From contig JAKLIQ010000012.1 in NCBI GenBank assembly GCA_022709525.1, positions 1 to 63,411 of the forward strand: DNA of 63,411 nt, written 5' to 3'. This stretch comes from Candidatus Omnitrophota bacterium. GTDB taxonomy: Bacteria; Omnitrophota; Omnitrophia; Omnitrophales; Aquincolibacteriaceae. This document shows positions 57,277-63,411 of the stretch, piece after piece. The translations under genes were made by a program, and so were the position numbers. Numbering within the stretch: the first letter of the stretch is position 1; each line of letters starts with the position of its first letter. The notes beneath the pieces were generated by a model. That model did not search any database, was not told where the DNA came from, and worked only from the letters and a program-made list of their open reading frames with translations.

Positions 57277-58407
57277 ATGCAAAATTCCGGACAACCTTAT
57301 CAAGCCGCCCACGAAGTCGGCAGGGTCTATGACGCCATCACGGATAAAAAGGTCCTGGCTGATTTTTTCCTGACCACCGTCCTTCAATTCGTTCCTGCCC
57401 AAAGAGGTTATCTTTTTCTCGCGACCCAGAATAAAACTCTCTTGCCGGAAGCAGCGGCGCCGGCCGGGACCGAACCTTCCAAAGAATTGATTGCGAAAGT
57501 CCGGGAGGCCTTCGATTCGGGAAAACCTTTTGCCCGGGAGGGGCAGCTTTTCCTACCCTTGGTCGTTCGTAACAGCGCGCTTGGCGTTGCCTGTTTTGAA
57601 AGGGCCGCGGGGGAGCCCGCTTTTACGCCCAAGGAAGTAGAGATCGGTTTTGATCTCGCCTCCCAATTTTCCGGCGCCCTGAAGAACAACATCCTTTTCG
57701 AGGAAAACCTCAAGATGGAGCGGTTGGCCGCGGTCGGACAGGCGATGGGGATGGTGATCCACGAGATCAAGAACATCATGCAGCTCGCGCGTTTTTCCGA
57801 CGAAATGACGCGCATGGGGATCAACGAGAAGAACCCAAAATTCATCGAGCAAGGCCTCGCAAAGATGAAAAAGACCATGAAGGAGATGGAAGGCCTTATT
57901 TGGGAAATGCTCAGTCTCACCAAGGATTATCAGCTGGAGCCCGAAAAGATCGATATCCCCGCGATCCTTGAAGAACTAAAGGGCGATCTCACAGAACGCG
58001 CGGAGGGATACAAGATCCGGCTTGATTTCAAGACCGATCCCGGTTTTCCTTCCGTGGAGGGAGACGGGCGGTCTCTTTACCGCGCGCTCCTTAATCTCGT
58101 AAAAAATGCCTTTGAGGCCTTTTCGGACAAATCGGACGCCTGCATCAAGATCCGGGCCAGGATCAAAGACGGGGATTTTTATGAGCTGACGGTCGAGGAC
58201 AATGCTTCCGGCATGAGCGAAGAGGTCCGGGCCCGGCTTTTTGAGGCGTTTTTTTCCACCAAAGGCAAGCGCGGAACGGGATTAGGGCTCATGGTCGTCG
58301 CGCGGACCGTCAAGATGCATCAGGGGACCGTCACCGTTGAGAGCCAGCCGGGCGTCGGCACAAAATTCATCCTTCATCTGAGAAGATTTTTTCCAAAAAC
58401 TTCCTAG
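57277..58407 (+). CDS. cytoplasmic sensor histidine kinase (GAF-like N-terminus)
   Basis: H-box VIHEIKNIM, N-box LLNLVKNAFEA, G-boxes EDNASGM, GTGLGLMVV. Confidence 0.8.
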   Translation: MQNSGQPYQAAHEVGRVYDAITDKKVLADFFLTTVLQFVPAQRGYLFLATQNKTLLPEAAAPAGTEPSKELIAKVREAFDSGKPFAREGQLFLPLVVRNSALGVACFERAAGEPAFTPKEVEIGFDLASQFSGALKNNILFEENLKMERLAAVGQAMGMVIHEIKNIMQLARFSDEMTRMGINEKNPKFIEQGLAKMKKTMKEMEGLIWEMLSLTKDYQLEPEKIDIPAILEELKGDLTERAEGYKIRLDFKTDPGFPSVEGDGRSLYRALLNLVKNAFEAFSDKSDACIKIRARIKDGDFYELTVEDNASGMSEEVRARLFEAFFSTKGKRGTGLGLMVVARTVKMHQGTVTVESQPGVGTKFILHLRRFFPKTS

Positions 58408-58462
58408 AATCCTATAAAATCGCGTTCGTTTTTTATTCTTTAAATCAGCAAGGAGCTTTTTT

Positions 58463-59296
58463 ATGTCTGGGCGCAAAGAGATCGGGCTTATCACGTCGCT
58501 TACCGGCGAGATCTTCAAGGCGGAATATTTCGTCAGGATCATTTCCGGGATCATCGACGCTTTTTATCAGAGGGATTATCAATTCAAGATGATCATGGTG
58601 CGCGACTCCGAAGACCCCAGGGTCCGCCTTGAGGAAGAATCGGTCCAGGGGCTTCTTTTCCTCACTTGGACGATCCATCAGCATTATTTGGAAGAAGCCC
58701 GGAAAATGAAGATCCCCGCCGTCGTGATCAATGATTTCAACCCGGATTTTAAGGGCAATATGATCTACGGCGATAACCGGGCGGGCGTCGAACAAAGTCT
58801 CCAGCATTTAAAAAAAGCGGGGCGCGTGAAGGTAGGCATGCTTCAGGCCCCGGACGACGCCTCGATCGATTCCCGGGAGCGCTATAAGCTTTGGTGTGAA
58901 CTTTTGGATAAGTATGAACTGACCGCCGACCCGGCTCATTACCGCAAATGCGAATATTTTTTTGAACAGGACGGGTACCTTAAAATGATGGACATCATCC
59001 AGAACAGCCCGACCATGCCCCAGGCCATGCTGTGCTTCAATGACGACATCGCGATCGGCGCGATCCGGGCCTTAAAAGAAAGCTGGATCATGTGCCCTGC
59101 CCAAGTCGCCGTGATCGGGTACGACGGGATCCTGAAGGGTAAATTCGTTGACCCATCTCTTACTACGGTCAGCCAGCCGCTTGAGCAAATGGGCGGGGAG
59201 ATGGTCCGGACCGTGATCGATCTGATCGAAGGAAAGTTGAAAGAACCCGTTTGGAAAAAATTTGCCCCCGAGCTTGTGATCCGCCGTTCCTGCTAG
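58463..59296 (+). CDS. LacI-type periplasmic-binding-fold ligand domain without a DNA-binding HTH
   Basis: Begins directly at the core (IGLITSL...); ...AMLCFNDDIAIGAIRAL...IGYDG...LTTVSQP; only 55 nt separate it from the upstream gene, so there is no room for an HTH. Confidence 0.7.
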   Translation: MSGRKEIGLITSLTGEIFKAEYFVRIISGIIDAFYQRDYQFKMIMVRDSEDPRVRLEEESVQGLLFLTWTIHQHYLEEARKMKIPAVVINDFNPDFKGNMIYGDNRAGVEQSLQHLKKAGRVKVGMLQAPDDASIDSRERYKLWCELLDKYELTADPAHYRKCEYFFEQDGYLKMMDIIQNSPTMPQAMLCFNDDIAIGAIRALKESWIMCPAQVAVIGYDGILKGKFVDPSLTTVSQPLEQMGGEMVRTVIDLIEGKLKEPVWKKFAPELVIRRSC

Positions 59297-59300
59297 CGGT

Positions 59301-60596
59301 TCAAGGGATCACGATGGTTAGCGCAGTAATATCGTCGTGTTGCTCGGCACCCGTCGTGAACTTCCGGACATCGGCGAAGACCCTCTCCGAATAGGCCGCC
59401 GCCGACGCGGCCCTTTCCTTCACGCATCCCGCAAGCCGTTCGATCGAATATTCCTTGCCGCGCCTGTCCCGGGCCTCTATCACGCCGTCTGTATAGAGAA
59501 ATAGAGCATCGTTGGGTTCCAGGTGAACGGTGTTCAGGAAAAAGGCCGTTTCAGGCAAAAGGCCGAGCGGCGGACTCTGAGCCCCTTTGAGAACATCCGC
59601 GGTTCCGCTCTCCGATTTTCGTAAAAGGATCGGCAAATGCCCCGCCGAGGAATACTGGACCGTGTTCGTGTGTTTATCGATCACAAGGCAGATCAGCGTC
59701 AGGAACATGCCGAAAGAACTGTTCATGGAGAGGCGCTGGTTAAGCGTCATCAAGAGCTCGGCCGGGTTTTTTGCCTGAGGCGCGAGAAAACGGTATTCCG
59801 ACATGGCGCGTACCATATAAAGCGCGGCCGGAACACCTTTGCCGGAGACATCGCCTAAGATGATCCCGATCCTGTCCTTATCAAGCGTGATCACGTCATA
59901 AAGGTCCCCGCCGACATCAAAGGCCGGTAGCGTTAGCGCGCAGAGATCGATCCCATAATGACGATTCGCAAGGTCAGGAAGGAAATTCTGCTGGATCTCA
60001 TGAGCGATCTTGAGCGCCTGCTTGGCCTTTTCCTGCTTCACGATCTCGCCGTGGAGCTGGGCGTTTTCGATCGCCAGGGCCGCCTGGTCGGCAAAGGTCT
60101 GAAAAAGCTCCAGGTCTTCCTGGCTGAATTTCTCCCGGTCCACGGGATTGATGGCCTGCAGGACGCCGATGATCTTTTCCTTGGTTTTCATGGGCACGCA
60201 AAGGATGGCCTTGGTAACAAAGCCCGTCGAATCATCGAACCGCTTGGCGAACCGGGGGTCTTTGTGAGGTTCGTTCACGATCTCGGGTTTTCCCGACGCC
60301 GCCACCGAACCCGCGATCCCTTCGCCCATCTTGACCCGGAATTTTTCTTCCAGTTCCGCCCCCTTGCCGCCGAGCGCTACCCGGAAAACAAGCTCGTTGG
60401 AAACCTCATCGATCAGAAGCAACGAGGCGACTTCCGAGCGCATGACCTCGGAAGAAGTTTTCATGATAAGCCCGAGCAATTCGTTCAGCTGAAGCGTCGA
60501 ATTGAGGACGCTTGTCAGGGCGAGGACTTTCCGGAGGTTCGCGACCGTCTGGTTTTCGGAAGTTCCTTCGGGTTTTGATTCCGGGGCTTTACTCAT
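59301..60596 (-). CDS. GAF-domain PP2C/SpoIIE-family serine phosphatase (RsbU-like)
   Basis: GAF N-terminus; GGDLYDV, GDVSGKGVPAALYM, DGVIEAR, DDITALTIV. Confidence 0.85.
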   Translation of the reverse strand: MSKAPESKPEGTSENQTVANLRKVLALTSVLNSTLQLNELLGLIMKTSSEVMRSEVASLLLIDEVSNELVFRVALGGKGAELEEKFRVKMGEGIAGSVAASGKPEIVNEPHKDPRFAKRFDDSTGFVTKAILCVPMKTKEKIIGVLQAINPVDREKFSQEDLELFQTFADQAALAIENAQLHGEIVKQEKAKQALKIAHEIQQNFLPDLANRHYGIDLCALTLPAFDVGGDLYDVITLDKDRIGIILGDVSGKGVPAALYMVRAMSEYRFLAPQAKNPAELLMTLNQRLSMNSSFGMFLTLICLVIDKHTNTVQYSSAGHLPILLRKSESGTADVLKGAQSPPLGLLPETAFFLNTVHLEPNDALFLYTDGVIEARDRRGKEYSIERLAGCVKERAASAAAYSERVFADVRKFTTGAEQHDDITALTIVIP

Positions 60597-60605
60597 GAAG
60601 ACGTC

Positions 60606-61313
60606 CTAGAGAGCCATTTTGAAAAGCAGCGTGACTATGACCGCATAGATCATGCTCATTAAAAATCCCTTCAGGTCCCGTAACGGCTTGAAAGGAAGGC
60701 GAAGAATGCCGACGCACGGGGCAAGCAGGGTCATCCAGGGCGAAACGCTGAAAAGAAGGATGCCGCCCACAAGAGAGCGCTCCACGATCGCATGGACCAT
60801 TTCAGGCGAGCTGATAAGGTAGCGCGGGGCGTGGCCCTTGAGGTAGCTTTTCGAAAAAGCGTTCAGGATATAACTGCCGGCAAAAGTGAGCGTAATAAAG
60901 AAGATCAATCCGATCGTCCAGATGTTATTCCGGTAAAGGGTATCCAGAAAAGGCAGATCGGGGAACCCGCGGACTTCGCGGCTGATAGGGAAAAACAGGA
61001 TCGCGGCGGTCGCGAGGATGTGGCAGGCCTGGTCGATCATGAAATAAGCAAAGGTATGCGCCGGTATTTTGCGGGTGAGGGAATATTTGATAAGGTCCTG
61101 GATCAAATGGACCACGACGAGGCCGGCCACAAACGCCCATATAACGGGTTCGTTCAGGTAGGGAAAGAGGAGTATTAAGGCCACCAGCCCCTGGATCAGC
61201 ACATGGAACAGCTGGCCGAGGAAGCTTCGGACTTTTAACTGATAGAGTTCCTCGAATTGGAGAATGAAGTCAGCGATCAGGTGCGCCAAGACCAATTTCA
61301 AGAAAAGGAACAT
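60606..61313 (-). CDS. DUF3307-like membrane protein
   Basis: Start taken at MFLFLKLVLAHLIADFILQ (a typical DUF3307 N-terminus). Confidence 0.5.
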   Translation of the reverse strand: MFLFLKLVLAHLIADFILQFEELYQLKVRSFLGQLFHVLIQGLVALILLFPYLNEPVIWAFVAGLVVVHLIQDLIKYSLTRKIPAHTFAYFMIDQACHILATAAILFFPISREVRGFPDLPFLDTLYRNNIWTIGLIFFITLTFAGSYILNAFSKSYLKGHAPRYLISSPEMVHAIVERSLVGGILLFSVSPWMTLLAPCVGILRLPFKPLRDLKGFLMSMIYAVIVTLLFKMAL

Positions 61314-61531
61314 ATTTACCCCGTTAGAGATAAGAAGTGCCCAAGGCAATCCTGCGTGTTTCCGAAAAAATGTCGAAAAACACAATTTTAAATCAAAAAG
61401 ACTTTGAAATAACCCGCCCCCCATCTCTAACGGGGCAAGTTATTATGTCATTTTTTCGTTCCTTGTCTCTTATTTTTTTCTCAAATGGTTGACATACTGA
61501 TTTTTATTAAAAATCGATGGTAATCAGTATA

Positions 61532-61808
61532 GTCCCAACCAACCTTTCATTTTTAAAGAGGTTGGGACAAGGACCGCCCCATCCCGCCTTCGTAACGGCG
61601 GGATGATAAGTATTGGGACGGTCCTTGTCCAAAAAATTCTCTGTCTACGGCCTGAAGAAACCCATTTCAACTGCGTTAGTTAAAATTTCAACTAACGCAG
61701 TTGAAATGGTCAAAGGCCGAAAGACCAATCCAGTCTCGGAGGTTGGATTGGTTTCTGGGGCGCTGATGCCCGACGAGAAACAACTTCAGCCAATCTTGAC
61801 CGGACCAT
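61532..61808 (+). ncRNA. candidate structured RNA / regulatory region (family unknown, strand uncertain)
   Basis: Consecutive perfect stems: 61532-40/61560-68 (9 bp), 61565-76/61619-30 (12 bp) enclosing 61580-88/61597-605 (9 bp), 61664-81/61690-707 (18 bp), 61724-32/61744-52 (9 bp), and a long-range ggtcaa/ttgacc pair. Confidence 0.35.
61664..61707. repeat. 18-bp perfect inverted repeat with an 8-nt spacer
   Basis: atttcaactgcgttagtt aaaatttc aactaacgcagttgaaat. Confidence 0.9.
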
Positions 61809-61998
61809 CTCAATACGTCCTAGCATGTTGTATTCTAATAACCATCCAAGATCATAAAAAGACAGTTTTAGATATATTTCGCTATAAATGCTAGTTTTTG
61901 CTATATATAATTTTGATAAAACTATTGAAAACATTTAAAAAAGATGTTAGTCATTTGATGAAGATTAATGGCTTTTAATATTTGGGAGAATGGGGAGA

Positions 61999-62184
61999 AT
62001 GAAAAAAATCTATTTCAAAGAAACGTCAAGTCATGCGACATACAGCGCCGATATTTTATATCGCCCTGTACTACCTCTTTTTACAAGCCCTATCCTAGAG
62101 CTTTTTTCTGATAGCTGGAGCATCGATGCCGGCTCCGTCATCTCCGTTACCGAATTATTCCAAAAGGGGGCGCGAAAACCATGA
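61999..62184 (+). CDS. hypothetical small protein (61 aa)
   Basis: GGGGAGA just upstream of the ATG; its stop overlaps the ATG of the next gene (ATGA at 62181-62184). Confidence 0.3.
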   Translation: MKKIYFKETSSHATYSADILYRPVLPLFTSPILELFSDSWSIDAGSVISVTELFQKGARKP

Positions 62185-63411
62185 AGACCCAAAACGCAAG
62201 AAAGATCGTCGCCATTTTTACCGCAGTTAGTTTGGCATTTTTACAGGCCGCTCCGGCCGGATTAGCGATCGACGATCGTCGCGCTGTCCCCATCGATGTG
62301 ACGGGTGTGCCTACTTCCGAAAAGCCCGTTGACCAAGTTTCTGAAGCTGGATCGGATGCCTTGCCGCTCGATCCGAACGCCGCCTTTTTAGGAGAAACAC
62401 TTTCCCTGAAGGCAACTGTGGCAGTTGTTGAAGAGCCGGCCGCCGACACGAACCAGGAAAACTTACCCGCGGAAGGCCCCTCCGACGAAGAGTTGCAGGA
62501 GATGATCGATCGGTTAGAAGAAGAAGCGCGCCTTCTTCAAGAGCAAGCGGCGGTGCAATCGCAGCAAGCCGCTGAATTGATGGAGCAAGCCGCGCAGGCG
62601 CAGCGGGCCGCAGACCAGCTCAGAGAGCAGGCCAGGGAAGAAGCGGCAAGAGCTCAGGATCTTCTAAGACAGTGCCTGGAGGCGATCGCTCCCGCCCTCC
62701 CGCAATGGGTGGTTAAAAAACTGGATGAATATATTACGAACAATCAGTTGAAGCCCGCCGATTGGGACAGAATAGCGAAGATCCTCAAGGTGTTTTCGGC
62801 GGGAAGCCCTTCGCTTGCGCGCCGACTGGCGCAGGCCCAGCCCCTTTTTAATGAGGCCATGCGGCTTCTCGAGTCGTCTTCTCAGGCCAAGGCGGCTGCG
62901 GCCAAGCAGGCAAAGTTAGCCGGCGAACTACTTGAAAAAGCGTCTATTTTACAAGCGGAATCCTTGGCGTCTTTAGCGGAAGCGGGTGTTAAGATCGCTG
63001 AAGCGGAAGAGCTTAAAGCAAAGCTCATTCCTTCCGCTGTGCGCGCATATGCGGATCAACTGCAGGCATCCTTTGATGCCGCTTTTGGGGAAGGTGTTTA
63101 TTCGGTAAGCGTGACAAGATCACCCGAAAAAGTACTTCCTCCGCGTTATCTCGTAACCGTTCTTTACACTCCTAAAAACCTACGCCCCGGAGAACTCCGG
63201 ACCCTGACCATCAAAGTCCTTGAAGATGGAACCGTAAAAGGCATCGAAAACGCCCAATTTGACGGTATCGGGGAAGTGAACGGACAGCTCCTTTATGAAG
63301 CCGTAACCATGCTTTTAAAGGAACCGGTAAGGCCGATCGACCCTATTAAGCCGTCCATTCCAAAACCTTACTCTTATGTTCCCGAATCAGAGACAATCAA
63401 AGACCCCATCC
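62181..63411 (+). CDS. secreted coiled-coil protein, 3'-partial (runs off the window)
   Basis: Open frame with no stop to the window end; signal peptide MKTQNARKIVAIFTAVSLAFLQAAPA; long A/Q/E-rich heptad-like region. Confidence 0.6.
   Translation, partial: MKTQNARKIVAIFTAVSLAFLQAAPAGLAIDDRRAVPIDVTGVPTSEKPVDQVSEAGSDALPLDPNAAFLGETLSLKATVAVVEEPAADTNQENLPAEGPSDEELQEMIDRLEEEARLLQEQAAVQSQQAAELMEQAAQAQRAADQLREQAREEAARAQDLLRQCLEAIAPALPQWVVKKLDEYITNNQLKPADWDRIAKILKVFSAGSPSLARRLAQAQPLFNEAMRLLESSSQAKAAAAKQAKLAGELLEKASILQAESLASLAEAGVKIAEAEELKAKLIPSAVRAYADQLQASFDAAFGEGVYSVSVTRSPEKVLPPRYLVTVLYTPKNLRPGELRTLTIKVLEDGTVKGIENAQFDGIGEVNGQLLYEAVTMLLKEPVRPIDPIKPSIPKPYSYVPESETIKDPI

Noticed and set aside
61664-61707. 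The 18-bp palindrome as a CRISPR repeat, integron attC site or retron msd stem
   Set aside because: It is a single copy with no repeat-spacer array or cas genes. There is no integron integrase, and a perfect stem lacks the extrahelical bases of attC. No reverse transcriptase gene lies downstream.
1-63411. tRNA, rRNA, tmRNA and CRISPR arrays
   Set aside because: I scanned intergenic regions for T-loop GGTTCGA-type motifs, acceptor-stem symmetry and regularly spaced repeats and found nothing convincing. Absence by eye is not proof.

Overview
63.4 kb of bacterial chromosome, probably from an uncultivated Gram-negative organism; I cannot place the taxon from sequence alone. Most of it is ordinary, tightly packed housekeeping DNA. 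This includes an 11-gene nuoABCDIHJKLMN operon with no nuoEFG, plus thiC, ispG, ispH, a futalosine-type radical SAM gene, greA, nth, trxA, era, pfk, htpX, an EF-P-like gene, queD, an AddB-like nuclease and a Ski2-like helicase. Five things stand out. (1) The left end (1-5.75 kb) is a decayed mobile/defence patch. An IS30 copy sits between a 5'-truncated doc toxin and a 5'-truncated mod remnant, followed by a type III res gene and a HigB/HigA-like TA pair. (2) Three genes in the first 6.7 kb (IS30 transposase, res, an RluA-family synthase coupled to nuoN) are each broken by a single in-frame TAG. (3) Six intergenic loci carry hairpin elements whose arms are period-7 (heptanucleotide) repeat arrays, in three sequence flavours with two copies each. 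(4) At 49.9-57.1 kb a TPR/beta-barrel outer-membrane protein (Slam/DUF560-like) is followed by three paralogous exported FecR-domain proteins and a convergent CHASE2 adenylate/guanylate cyclase. This is my best candidate for an uncharacterised envelope sensing or secretion module. (5) At 61.3-62.0 kb there is a roughly 680-nt non-coding, highly structured region. It has an 18-bp perfect palindrome, mutually exclusive stems and an SD-sequestering inverted repeat, and lies upstream of a small ORF coupled to a secreted coiled-coil protein. No tRNA, rRNA or CRISPR array was recognised. All family calls come from motif recognition by eye, with no searches run.
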